Virus record (IMG/VR): IMGVR_UViG_2700989099_000001
Location: 64,547 to 128,546 of that record
Strand: one strand, 5' to 3'
Source of the DNA: a virus
Taxonomy: Duplodnaviria > Caudoviricetes
Length of the DNA stretch: 64,000 nucleotides
Below the pieces are notes generated by a model that did not search any database, was not told where the DNA came from, and worked only from the letters and a program-made list of their open reading frames with translations. Below are positions 17,628-28,481 of the stretch, one piece after another. The position numbers and the translations under genes are program-made. Within the stretch, counting starts at the first letter, position 1. Each line of letters begins with the position of its first letter.

Positions 17628-20600
17628 ATGACAGACTTAAATGCATTAACATATCAAAACATTCACTCGCACAGTTTTTATTCAAATATTTCAACACATG
17701 ACTCAGTTATATCTCGTACAGATGTTGCAGAACGTGCTGTTGAGCTAGGACATACAACTTTATCATGTATTGAACATGGTTATATGGGGAATGTATTTGA
17801 AACTTATAGAATTGCCAAAGAATTTAATCTTAAACTAATCTTTGGAACAGAGTTCTATTATGTTAAAGACCGCTTCGAGAAAGACCGTACCAACTCTCAC
17901 TTACTTGTTGTAGCTAAGAATGAAAATGGAAAAGAAGCTATCACAGGGCTTATTTCAGAATCATATCAAACTGGATTCTATGGACGTAACCGTATTGACG
18001 AAGAATTATTATTCTCTCTTCCAAAAGACGATGTTATTGTAACAACTGCTTGTATTGCAAGCCCTATCAATCTCTATGAGGGATATGCTGACTACTTTAT
18101 TCCAAAGGCTAAAGCTTACTTTGGTGACAATTTCTTTTTAGAGGTTCAACCACATTGGAATAAAAAGCAAGCTGACTTTAATAAAAAGTTAGTTGAATAC
18201 CGTAAAGAATATAATGTTCCTTTTATCTTAGGTGTTGATACTCATTATATCAAAGAAGAAGATTATAAAATGCGTGACATCTATCTTAAATCTCGTAAAA
18301 TTGTTTATGATAAAGAGGAGGGGTTCTTCATGGACTATCCTGAAACAAAAACAATCATTGAGAGATTTAACAAACAGGCTGTATTGAGTGACGAACAAAT
18401 CACAGAAGCTTTTAATAACAGCCATATTGTTGATGAGTTTGATTCTATTGAGATTACCGATGATATTAAAATGCCATCAGTTTACCCAGATAAAACAGAA
18501 GAAGAAAAGATTAAGATTCTTAAGAAACATATTAATAAAGCTTGGATTGAAGACCGTAAACATATTCCGAAAGAACGTCATAAGGAGTATATTGAAGCAA
18601 TTAAATATGAAATGTCTATCGTAGAGAACACTCACATGGTAGATTACTTCTTAATGAATGAAAAAATTATCACCTTGGGAAAAGAGAAATATGGTGGAGT
18701 CTTGACTAAGACAGGAAGAGGGAGCGCCCCTAGTTTCTATCTAAACAAACTTCTTGATTTTACAGCGGTTGACCGATTGGATTCACCAGTTACATTGTAT
18801 CCTACACGTTTCATGTCTGAATCACGCATTCTTGAAACTCGGTCTCTTCCAGATGTGGACTTTAATACAGCAGACCCAGAACCATTCATGAAAGCTCAAA
18901 AAGAAATATTGGGCGAAGACAATGCTTATCAAATGATTGCCTATGGTACAATGCAAGAAAAAGATGCATTTAAGACTTATTGTCGTGGTTTAGATATACC
19001 AAAAAATGAATATTGGACAATTGCAGAAGACCTTGAACGTTGGGTTAAAAGTGATAAGTGGAGAGATATCATTGAAACTAGCCAACAGTTTATTGGTGTT
19101 GTCACTTCATTCTCACCCCATCCATGCTCATCTCTCTTACTTTCTGAGCCTATCTCTAAAAAGATTGGTGTAATCAAAACAAAAGAAGGTGTTGATGTTG
19201 CATTAATTGGCTCTTATGACTCAGATGTTTATAAATATCTCAAAAACGACCTCCTTGTTGTAACAGTTTGGGATATCATCGCTAAAGTATGTAAAGAACT
19301 AAATATTGAAATTCCTGATGTACGTACACTTTCAACTCTGATTGCTAGTGATGAAAAAGTCTGGAAACTCTATGAAGATGGAATGGTTGCAACTCTTAAC
19401 CAAGCTGGAACACCTTCTGGTAAGCCACAGGTTATGCAATACAAACCAAAATCTGTGCGTGAATTGAGTATGTGGGTAGCTGGTATTCGCCCTTCGTTTG
19501 CAAGTATGAAAGCATACTTCTTGAATCGCAGACCATTCACTTATGATATTCCTGCTTTTGATAAACTTCTTGAATCAAGTGACAATTTCGTTTTATTTCA
19601 AGAAAACATCATGTCTACTCTTCAATTTGCTGGATATGAAGAAGATGTAACCTATGGACTGCTCAAAGCTATTGCTAAAAAGAAAAAGGGTATCATCGAA
19701 CCTATCCACGATAAATTCATTCAAGGTTTCGTTGATAAAACTGGCTCAGAAGAACAAGCATTAAAAGTATGGCGAATCATCGAAGATGCCGTAGGGTATG
19801 GGTTTTAACTCCTCACATGCTTACTCTGTAGCTCTTGATTCATTATATGGTGCGTGGCTCAAAGCCAATCATCCATTGGAATATTTCTCAGTCGTTCTTA
19901 ATGTTTATAAAGCCTCGAAAGATAAACAGGCTGAGTTAATCAATGAATTAGAATATTTTGATATTTCATTAAAAGGACTACAATTTGGTAAATCTAAATC
20001 TGATTATTCTTATGAAACAGAAACAAACACAATCTATAAGGGAATCTCTACTGTTGCGTATCTTAATCAGCAGGTCGCAGATAACCTTTATAATCTTGCA
20101 AAAGAGAAACACTATGAAAAAGATGATGTTATTCAACTCTTTCTTGATATCTTAGATGGCGCTCTTGCCGATAATAGACAAATGAATATTTTGATTAAGC
20201 TTGGATTTTTTAAAGAATTTGGTGAAGAATCAATACTTCTTGAACTCTACAATACTATGACTGGATATCAAACTAAAAAGCCTAATCCTATCTTTACGGA
20301 TAATAAGAAGCTTGATGTTAAATATTCACGTACTCACAAGGATAAAACTAAGCTTGTACGTATTGAAAACATTAAAGAATATTATGGTTTGATATTGAAG
20401 AATGCTCATCTACTTCCTACAACTAATCTATTCGATAGACTTACAAGTGAAGTTGAATACATGGGATATGCTGAAACTCTTGACCAAAGTCTTGGAAAAA
20501 ATATCTACGTTGTTATGGATATTAATACTAAGTATACGCCAGTCTATACTTTATATAACATGTATGATGGACATATCTCTGTTGCTAAGATTGATAAGAA

Positions 20601-20790
20601 AAAGGCTTACCGTGATACAAAATCAACCAAAGATGGAGAATTAATCATCAAACTTGGAGACCAGATTGAAGTTATGGAATTTGCTCAAAGACCTAAGATG
20701 GCTTTAGTTGATGGCAAGTGGGAATCAAACTACGACCAAATGCAAGACTATATCGAACACGTTCGAATGGTTGAGCGCTATAAAGATTAA
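17628..20790 (+). CDS. dnaE: DNA polymerase III alpha-like (family C) polymerase, one apparent +1 frameshift near 19800
   Basis: PHP domain HSHSFYS, GRGSA, PDVDFN, HPCS, FQENIM, Y/GFNSSHAYS. Confidence 0.93.
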
Positions 20791-20800
20791 ATAGAATTGT

Positions 20801-20842
20801 AATACACCTGTAATTGACTTTATGGGTGTATTTTGATATAAT
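20801..20842 (+). terminator. Terminator fused with promoter (-35 is the hairpin loop)
   Basis: AATACACCTGTAA-TTGACT-TTATGGGTGTATT; TTGACT(20814)-17-TATAAT(20837). Confidence 0.8.
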
Positions 20843-20873
20843 TAATATATGGAAAACATAAGGAGAGTTAACA

Positions 20874-21050
20874 ATGGAATTAAAAGAAATTGAACCAGCT
20901 ATCATTGGATTTACTGGTGGAATGTATGAACACGGATATGGACTTAAACGTGGAGAAATTACAACCATAGGATATTTAGCAACAAATGAAAATCTCTACA
21001 CAGAAACACAAGTCAAAGAACTACTTGAAAGTAAAGGAGAAGATAAATGA
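20874..21050 (+). CDS. 58-aa hypothetical protein (missing from ORF track)
   Basis: MELKEIEPAIIGFTGG...; RBS AAGGAG; ATGA overlap with next gene. Confidence 0.75.
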   Translation: MELKEIEPAIIGFTGGMYEHGYGLKRGEITTIGYLATNENLYTETQVKELLESKGEDK

Positions 21051-21322
21051 AATTCGATATTAAGACAGCACTAATCACAAGTGGAGCATTGTTAACATTG
21101 GGAATGTTACAAGGTTCAGGTGTTGAGAATCCAAACAAAAACTTCACAAATGTTAATCGAGTAAAGTTATTCCAAAACAAATACACTATTGGTCGCGAAC
21201 CTAATAAAGGTTACACTGACTATACAAAAATGAATGATTTTATTAAAAAACATCCTCAAGGATTTTTGACAGAATCAGCTAGTAAATATGGAGTTAATTA
21301 CACATACACCTATCATGAATAA
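21047..21322 (+). CDS. Hypothetical protein with N-terminal hydrophobic segment
   Basis: MKFDIKTALITSGALLTLGML. Confidence 0.7.
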   Translation: MKFDIKTALITSGALLTLGMLQGSGVENPNKNFTNVNRVKLFQNKYTIGREPNKGYTDYTKMNDFIKKHPQGFLTESASKYGVNYTYTYHE

Positions 21323-21334
21323 GGAGAAAATAAC

Positions 21335-21667
21335 ATGAAAATTAATTTAAACAATGAAGACCTTATGCAAATGATGCTTGAGCCACGTGAATTTGTAGAT
21401 GTCAGCTTTATCTTTATTAACGTTGTGATGGAAGGTCTATCGCCAGAAGATTGGTATCTTACAGAGATTCCTTCTGAACGTGTTTATCTTTTTGAGAACA
21501 CAAGTGGTGATAAATTCTTTGACATTTATTTCTTAGATGATAATATTGTCCGTCCACAGTACTTTAAATCACCAGAGAACTGGGATGGTAACCCTGAAAC
21601 ATACATCAATGTTCATGACACAGAAACAATCAAAGAAGCTATTGAAAAATACGAAGTGGGAGAATAA
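21335..21667 (+). CDS. Hypothetical protein
   Basis: ORF with RBS AAGGAG. Confidence 0.75.
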   Translation: MKINLNNEDLMQMMLEPREFVDVSFIFINVVMEGLSPEDWYLTEIPSERVYLFENTSGDKFFDIYFLDDNIVRPQYFKSPENWDGNPETYINVHDTETIKEAIEKYEVGE

Positions 21668-21669
21668 CC

Positions 21670-22017
21670 ATGAATAAAGCAATAGAATCACAACTAAAAA
21701 GAATCGAGCCTGTCTCGAAATTAAAAATGTTCGTTGGTGACACAAAAGTCTATGATACAGTCAAAAAATATAATGACCAGATTAAAGAGGTGGATGTTTA
21801 CACTTTAGAACAGATGATTGAATTTGCAAAATTTGTTTCGGGATATACAGCGGAATATGTTTCTTATGAAATGGAAGAGGCTTGTTGGGAAATGGAAGGT
21901 CATATGTTGGGAGTATCTTATAGTGCCGAAGATGCAATTAAAGAGTTATTCGAAGACGATGATGAAAAAGAATCTGTAAATAGTGACCCAAAACTTACTC
22001 TCAAAGATTTTTTGTAA
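21670..22017 (+). CDS. Hypothetical protein
   Basis: ORF with RBS GGGAG. Confidence 0.75.
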   Translation: MNKAIESQLKRIEPVSKLKMFVGDTKVYDTVKKYNDQIKEVDVYTLEQMIEFAKFVSGYTAEYVSYEMEEACWEMEGHMLGVSYSAEDAIKELFEDDDEKESVNSDPKLTLKDFL

Positions 22018-22061
22018 AATCCATTGGTATCATGATTGATTAAATAAATCATACTTATCTC

Positions 22062-22090
22062 TTGACAATTGTCTGTCATTATGGTATAAT
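22062..22090 (+). promoter_or_regulatory. sigma70 promoter
   Basis: TTGACA-17-TATAAT with TG. Confidence 0.85.
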
Positions 22091-22151
22091 ATATATATAG
22101 GTTAAAGCAATAGCCTAAATAAAAACTTAATTCCAAAAGGAGAAAAACACT

Positions 22152-22397
22152 ATGTCTAAAACAAAATTCTACGCACTCTACAATGGTACTCGTAAAGAAA
22201 AATCTGTAGGAACTGAACGTGTCTTCGATAAGAAGACTGGTAAACGTGTTCAAAAACAAGTTGAACGTGAAGTCTCTGTTGGAACTTCTTACGTATTTGA
22301 TTTGTTGTCTGAAACACGTATCGGTGCTCGTCAAGAAGCATTGGCAATTGCTCGTGAAGAAGGACTTAAATTTGCAGGTTTGCATCTTTATAAATAA
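22152..22397 (+). CDS. Small basic hypothetical protein
   Basis: RBS AAGGAG, own promoter. Confidence 0.8.
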   Translation: MSKTKFYALYNGTRKEKSVGTERVFDKKTGKRVQKQVEREVSVGTSYVFDLLSETRIGARQEALAIAREEGLKFAGLHLYK

Positions 22398-22398
22398 T

Positions 22399-22431
22399 AA
22401 AAAAGAGAGAAATTAATTCTCTCTTTTTTTT
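22399..22431. terminator. Bidirectional terminator at the convergence of the two gene blocks
   Basis: AAAAAAGAGAGAA-ATTAA-TTCTCTCTTTTTT. Confidence 0.8.
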
Positions 22432-23093
22432 GCAGTATTTTCAAGTTCTTTAAACATCTTATCAATATCAAATTCTTTAGGAACTTTTGCTTCTTTAACG
22501 ATTGTCTTTTTGGCAGTCGTTTTCTTTTTAGTTCCAGTTGACTTCTTCTTAGTGCCATTCTTAGGCTTTTTAAGAGCTTCAATCTCTTTCTTGGTATAAG
22601 CTTTAGGCTTAGTCCATTCGAGTCCATTCTTGACGAGATAAGCGTATGCAACAGCCATTGCATCAGACTCATCATCAGAATTAAATGTCATATTTAAATG
22701 TTTACTTAAGATGTCTTCAACTTCTTCTTTACTTGCATTCCCCTTATATAGTGTTTCACGTATTGTTTTTGCTGGGTAATAAATGTTTTCAACCTCGGAG
22801 AATACTAAATTGAAGATTCCATGAACACGGAATACTACTTGAGTAGATGCATTAAATCTTGTGAATCCTCTTTCGATTACAGCTACACTAGGTGGATATT
22901 CCCTTGTAAGTCTAGTTAGTTCTTCATAGATAAATCTCAACTTCTTTGGATTTCTTGTTTCATCTGGAAGCTTCTTATACTCCTTGATATTGTCTGTTCT
23001 GATACTCCCAACATATACTATTTCTTTTGTATCTTCGTCTATAATAACAATGCCAGAGTTCTTCAATGAAGGGTCTAGTCCATATATATACAT
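22413..23093 (-). CDS. ruvC: RuvC-like Holliday junction resolvase with Lys-rich tail
   Basis: GLDPS, VAVIE, GNASKEEV, DDESDAMA. Confidence 0.85.
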   Translation of the reverse strand: MYIYGLDPSLKNSGIVIIDEDTKEIVYVGSIRTDNIKEYKKLPDETRNPKKLRFIYEELTRLTREYPPSVAVIERGFTRFNASTQVVFRVHGIFNLVFSEVENIYYPAKTIRETLYKGNASKEEVEDILSKHLNMTFNSDDESDAMAVAYAYLVKNGLEWTKPKAYTKKEIEALKKPKNGTKKKSTGTKKKTTAKKTIVKEAKVPKEFDIDKMFKELENTAKKREN

Positions 23094-23110
23094 AAATAAC
23101 TCCTTAACTC

Positions 23111-23138
23111 AAAAAATGGTGAGTATTTCACCCACCAT
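23111..23138 (-). terminator. Intrinsic terminator after holin
   Basis: Minus strand ATGGTGGGT-GAAAT-ACTCACCAT then T-run. Confidence 0.75.
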
Positions 23139-23146
23139 GTTAAATC

Positions 23147-23554
23147 TTATTCTTTAATTTTATCTGCAATCTCTGATGCTGTAACATTTGCTTGAATAGA
23201 TGGGGCTTCAAATGTTACTGTTTCTGTCATACCTTTTTTAAAGTTTGCAACAGACGCTTCAATCAACATATTTAATTCAGCATCTGTAATTTTGATTCCT
23301 TTCTCAGACATGATTTCAAGAGCTTTATTCTTAGCTTCATTATATTTAGTTTCACCATCAGCTTCTTTAAATACTTGTTGAACATACTTAACAGAAAGGT
23401 CTACAATTGTTTTGTTCGCATCCAATTTAGCTTTGATTGCATATTTATCTGAAACTCGTTGTACTTGAGTTCCTGCAATTTTTGCAACATATCCAATAAT
23501 AGCTACCAATAAAGCTAAGAGTGCTGGTGTAATTGCTTGTAATAATTCATTCAT
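23147..23554 (-). CDS. Holin (LL-H family-like)
   Basis: One N-terminal TM; SVKYVQQ..GETKYNEA..LIEASV pattern. Confidence 0.8.
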   Translation of the reverse strand: MNELLQAITPALLALLVAIIGYVAKIAGTQVQRVSDKYAIKAKLDANKTIVDLSVKYVQQVFKEADGETKYNEAKNKALEIMSEKGIKITDAELNMLIEASVANFKKGMTETVTFEAPSIQANVTASEIADKIKE

Positions 23555-23568
23555 TATTTATTTTCTCC

Positions 23569-23727
23569 TTATTTTAAAATAACATTACCGTTTTCGTCAC
23601 GATTTTCATCAAGTTCTTTTATTCTAGCTTCTACTTGGTCTTTTAGGAAAGCTGGGACACGTCCCCTTGTTATTTTTCCTTCAAGAATATTAAGAGCGTA
23701 TAACGTAGTAATTGCTTCATAAGCCAT
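23569..23727 (-). CDS. 52-aa small phage protein (CD1375-like), missing from ORF track
   Basis: MAYEAITTLYALNILEGKITRGRVPAFLKDQVEARI; RBS AAGGAG. Confidence 0.7.
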   Translation of the reverse strand: MAYEAITTLYALNILEGKITRGRVPAFLKDQVEARIKELDENRDENGNVILK

Positions 23728-23732
23728 ATGAT

Positions 23733-24023
23733 TTATTCTCCTTTCGCATTAATTAAATCCATTAAATCAAACACAGATTGTTCATTGACTTCAACACGAT
23801 TTTGAAGTGTACTAATGTCCGCTTTTTGTTTTTCAATAATACTGTCTTTGTCTTCTTCCCAGAGACCACGTTCATAATTATAGTGTGGGAATAAAATATT
23901 TTCGCTAGGCGGTGTACGGACAAGACCATCTCCTAGAGGAAGTTGGTCATCCACTTGATATGTCTTGTAGAATTTTCCATCTACTTTTTCATTTAACGGT
24001 TGATAAATTGTGATTGTTGCCAT
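23733..24023 (-). CDS. Hypothetical tail-associated small protein
   Basis: ORF downstream of RBP; RBS GAGG. Confidence 0.65.
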   Translation of the reverse strand: MATITIYQPLNEKVDGKFYKTYQVDDQLPLGDGLVRTPPSENILFPHYNYERGLWEEDKDSIIEKQKADISTLQNRVEVNEQSVFDLMDLINAKGE

Positions 24024-24039
24024 TGTTTCCTCTTTTCTT

Positions 24040-25872
24040 TTATGCGATTCTTATCCATCGATATACAGAAATTGATGGTTGCCAGTTGTTGTGATTTGTA
24101 TTATCTCCCCTTGTTTTCGCAACTGCACCAGTTTCAGTATTAGGGATAGAGTTAGAAGTACTAGAAATTTCTGATAAATCTCCTACTCTCCAATATTCAT
24201 TGCTACCAAACTTAAGACCATATTTAGTACCACTTTGGATGTTTGAAGCTCCATTTAATATCATTTTTAGCTGATGGCTGTGTGATGTCAAGGGGTTAAC
24301 TGAACCCACCGACCTGTTTCCACTGTTGATTGAACCATCGTTTTCATCAACACCGACTGTTACACGACCATTACCAAATCGTTCCCAAGTTCCACCCATG
24401 ATATTGGCAGGATTTTCACTATTGGTACTTTCAAATACTGCTCCAACTGGATAGAATATGTCAATTAGTAATTTACCATTTATTGACATCCCACCAGCAA
24501 TTTGAAAGGGAGCGCCCCCCTCTTCAAACACCTTTCCGACTGACGCACCAGTTGTTCCCCAAGACATAGGTACTTGCGCCACAGGAATTACAGCTGTAGA
24601 TACAGTTGACATAAATTCATCATACATTGTAATTCTAATATTATATACTTTATCTATGTTTATAGCATCTTTAACTATTTTTCCTGACCAACTTTCCTGA
24701 GTGGCACTGCTATTTTGCTCTAATAAAACCCAGCTGTTATTTATCAGTTGATATTCTATTTTATATCCCATAGTATTATCGACACCAATTGCTTTTGAAG
24801 TTCCTGACCATGTGATATCCACAATCTCTTGAGCATCTGTTCTTCTTAGAACCGATATCGTAGTTGTTGGGTTTCTATAAGGTGCTAGATTAATAGTCTT
24901 AGATGATGTAGCTTTATATCCACGACTATCAGTTACAGTGACTACAATATTTAAGTTTCCAGATTCTGCAACAAACCCTGAAACTATAGAACTTCCTGTA
25001 TATGTAGCATTACCAACTTTAGTTTCAATCTTTGAAATAGTGCTGTACATTTTAGAGCTTGCATTAGTAGCAACTTTTAATTTTGACTTAGATTGAACAT
25101 AGACAGCACCCACCGCTGTAGTTACTTCTGGGTTTCCCTCAGATATTGTAAATCCATTAATAACTGGTTGAAACCTACTGTCATTAACCGTATTTATTGT
25201 TAGCTTTGCGCTGGAAGAACCTATCTTTGTTCCACCACTATAGGTGTCACAGACTATTGTCCCCCAGCCAGAAGTTCCGTTCGGAATGTACCTCGACAAA
25301 TCTATGCTTGGTGTAAAATCATAATCAACATAATTAATTTTGCTTGCAAAAGTATTATTACTACTCGAAAACTTAAATGTCAATGTATGTGTAAAACTTC
25401 CACTAGCTCTATTGATATGTATTTTTGTTTTTTCTCCAAAATTAATTGTTGCTGGAGAAACAGATACTGAACTTGTTCTGGGGATAGTATTTAATGTACC
25501 AAATCCCTCCCAGACTGTAGTACCATAGTAAACTCCTGCAAAAGTAACATTCACATTATAGCTACATGTTACTTTAAAATCTTTTGTTCCGTCTGCATTG
25601 TGACCTACGACCCAGTTAGCGGCAAAGAGAAGTTTCTTTTGATAAGCAGACAAATCAGATGTTGCTGTGAAATTTTTTCTCTCTCCATTTAGCGTTACAT
25701 ACCCTTGATTGACCGCAGGGGCATACATAGCCCCATATTGGTCTACAGATTGTAAAAATACTTTACATGTAACTGTACTGTTATTACTTGGAATACTTTG
25801 AAATGCTATATTCCATTCATAAATTAGTCGATGTCTTGCAAAGGCATGTGTACCTGAGCCACTTGAAGCCAT
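24040..25872 (-). CDS. Minor structural / receptor-binding protein (DUF859/Gp58-like)
   Basis: TLNTIPRTS, YVQSKSKL, DIFYPVGAVF..GTWERFG..NNWQPSISVYRWIRIA. Confidence 0.75.
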   Translation of the reverse strand: MASSGSGTHAFARHRLIYEWNIAFQSIPSNNSTVTCKVFLQSVDQYGAMYAPAVNQGYVTLNGERKNFTATSDLSAYQKKLLFAANWVVGHNADGTKDFKVTCSYNVNVTFAGVYYGTTVWEGFGTLNTIPRTSSVSVSPATINFGEKTKIHINRASGSFTHTLTFKFSSSNNTFASKINYVDYDFTPSIDLSRYIPNGTSGWGTIVCDTYSGGTKIGSSSAKLTINTVNDSRFQPVINGFTISEGNPEVTTAVGAVYVQSKSKLKVATNASSKMYSTISKIETKVGNATYTGSSIVSGFVAESGNLNIVVTVTDSRGYKATSSKTINLAPYRNPTTTISVLRRTDAQEIVDITWSGTSKAIGVDNTMGYKIEYQLINNSWVLLEQNSSATQESWSGKIVKDAINIDKVYNIRITMYDEFMSTVSTAVIPVAQVPMSWGTTGASVGKVFEEGGAPFQIAGGMSINGKLLIDIFYPVGAVFESTNSENPANIMGGTWERFGNGRVTVGVDENDGSINSGNRSVGSVNPLTSHSHQLKMILNGASNIQSGTKYGLKFGSNEYWRVGDLSEISSTSNSIPNTETGAVAKTRGDNTNHNNWQPSISVYRWIRIA

Positions 25873-28312
25873 TAAGTAATTCCTCCTACATATCTTATGA
25901 TTGTTACTGGCGATTCATCTGAGAACTTAGTAATTAAATGATTACCAATCGTTGCTGATTCAAGGAAGACCCCTTTTTGGATATTAAGAACTTCCCCCGT
26001 AATAAATGCTACGTCAACGTTGTTATCCCAGAAGACAATTTTATCACTTGTTACTTGAATTGCCATTTTTGATTGTGCGTTGGAAATGAACATTCCCTCT
26101 TCACTAAATGTAAATGACTCGTCAATGAAATTCCATTTTACTTTCATTCCTTCATAGAACCCCTCAACAATGGTTGTTCTATCATCTACATTGTTTATAT
26201 CTTCTTGGTTTTGAGCTGAAACATCTTGAAGATTGTTAATTGTAGTTTGATAATCGTGTTCTAACCAAGAGGTGTAATCTTCATTAGAGACTGCATTTTG
26301 AGCCTGAACTAAAGCATCATTAGCTGTATCAGCAACCGATGCTAAATCATCAAGTCCTGCTTTATTTGATAGACCGTTATCAGAACTAGCTTGAACATAT
26401 TTTTGAATTTAATTGCCATCTATAGTCTGATGGATTTTGAGAGTCTTTATCTCCAACACCCACATACATAGGTATTGCATCTTGCCATTGTTCTTGTGAC
26501 TCGCTTTCGCTTGGCATCCATGGAGTAGCAATTGAACTTGATTCATATTTATAACCAGCAGTCCATAAAATTGAATCCGTTCCAGCGCCTGATATTTCGT
26601 ATCTAATCCACACACTATCATTAGCTTTTAAATTTAAAGTTACGTTATCTCTAGTCCAGTCAAAATTATTGCCTATTTGTTTTTGTATTATGGGTTGAGA
26701 TGATGTAGTATTTACTCCACCATACCTATATATGTTTGCATTATTTCCTGAACTTTTAATATAAGACGAAAAAGTATAAACTCCGTCTTTAGGGGCAGTA
26801 AATGTTTTATAGATACCATTCCATTGCTCAGTTCGTTTTTTAACGGTTAGACCTTTATATGTTCCGTCAGTTACCCAACTACTTGAATTTGTCCAAGTTC
26901 CACTAAAATCCTTAGTACCATCTAACAAATTCAAATTCGGATAAACGGTACTGAATCTATCAGTTCCATCAGAACTCCAAGAATAAGCAATATACGCATT
27001 TGAGTTCTGTCCTTTAAAGATTGCCCATTGATATTTACTATAGTCTAAGTTTGATTCAACATTATTATCTGTGTACTGACCAATATAGCTTGGATAATCA
27101 CTAGTTTTTACTTCATTATCACTTGGCATCCAAGGTGTAGCGATTGAACCTTGTTCTACTTTAGGATATTTAAGATTAATTTCGCTACCTACAGTACCAG
27201 AACGGATAAAAAATTGAACCATTTTTATCTGCGGGTATGTCTGCCGTTGGGCGACTTAGGACTGTTAAAGTATATAATTTCCAGTCACTTGTTAATGTGA
27301 CGTTTTGCCCTGCATTGATAGGGTTCGTCCAGCTATCATAAGCAATTAGTGTATGTGTTCCCGTACCCTTAAGCCATACACTAAAAGTATAATTTGTGTT
27401 ACCTTTAATATCCACATTAGGAAAATTAGGGGATTGCGTCCGTCTGTTCACATAAGCTCTAAACCAGTCTTGACTTTGATTAGATTTTATAAATTTTAGA
27501 TAAGTATCATTACCCTCTTTGAGTATTGTACTATCAGGAGAAGTTATACTTGTAGTTGCTTTGGATTCTGCTAAATTTTTATTTTTAAAATCTTTACTGT
27601 CGGTTAACAGATTCAAATTCGGATAAACGGTTGTGAAACCATCTTTACCATCAGCAGACCATGAATAAGCAGTATGGGTATATGAAGCATTTCCTCTGAT
27701 AAGACCCCAACTATATTTTGAAGGGTCTGTTGATGCTGTATCTGAAAAATCTGAATACTCACCACGATAACTTGGATAATCATTAGTTGTGACTTCGCTA
27801 GCTGAGGGCATATGTGGAGTGGCGATTGAACCTAGTTCTAGCTTAAAATCCCAAAATTTATGTGTTTCTATATCTGTTCCGTTTGAATATGTATTAACCC
27901 TAACGAAATAACGACCGTCTTTAGTAACTTTGATTGTCTTAGGAACTGTGTTACCTAAATTTATATATTCCCAAGTTGTCGTTGATATCAACCATAGTCC
28001 AACTTTACCTTTTTTATCACTTGCATCGTGATTTGTCCAAGGTGCGTCTGATTTAGCACTCATGGTATATGTTCCCGCTTTTAGGTTGTTTACAAATACA
28101 TCCTGTACCTGAATAGCGCCATCAGTAGCACTAGATGATGCTATAAATGGGTTGTTTTTGGTATATTTTTTACTACCCTCTAATAAATTTAAATTCGGAT
28201 AAACAGTACTTAATCTATCCGTGCCGTCTGCACTCCAAGAGTAAGCAGCATGAGTTATTGTCCCATCGTAAACATTACTTATGGTGAGGCTATTGCTTGC
28301 TACTATCGTCAT
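25872..28312 (-). CDS. Tail-tip host-specificity protein with three repeated carbohydrate-binding-like modules (two apparent +1 frameshifts near 27224 and 26402)
   Basis: Three ORF pieces join into one frame if one base is removed from each T5 run; AYSWSxDG..VYPNLNLL repeats. Confidence 0.7.
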
Positions 28313-28481
28313 CAGTCACCTCCGCCCAAATTTCAATAATTGGAGTGGAGATACCGTAAGTCCGCCAGATTTGTTCAATCACATCACTTGAACTTGTTGC
28401 TTCAAAGCTAACTTGTGTGATTTCTCCCCCAAGTTCAACATTTGCATAAAATTTACTTTTCATTATTGATTCACCTCGCAT
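28290..28481 (-). CDS. Small hypothetical tail-module protein
   Basis: ORF overlapping both neighbours; probable start MKSKFY. Confidence 0.65.
   Translation of the reverse strand: MRGESIMKSKFYANVELGGEITQVSFEATSSSDVIEQIWRTYGISTPIIEIWAEVTDDDSSKQ

Noticed and set aside
26386-27230. Programmed frameshifts or phase variation in the tail-tip gene
   Set aside because: Both breaks are single extra bases in short T5 runs without a slippery heptamer plus hairpin; sequencing overcall is more parsimonious
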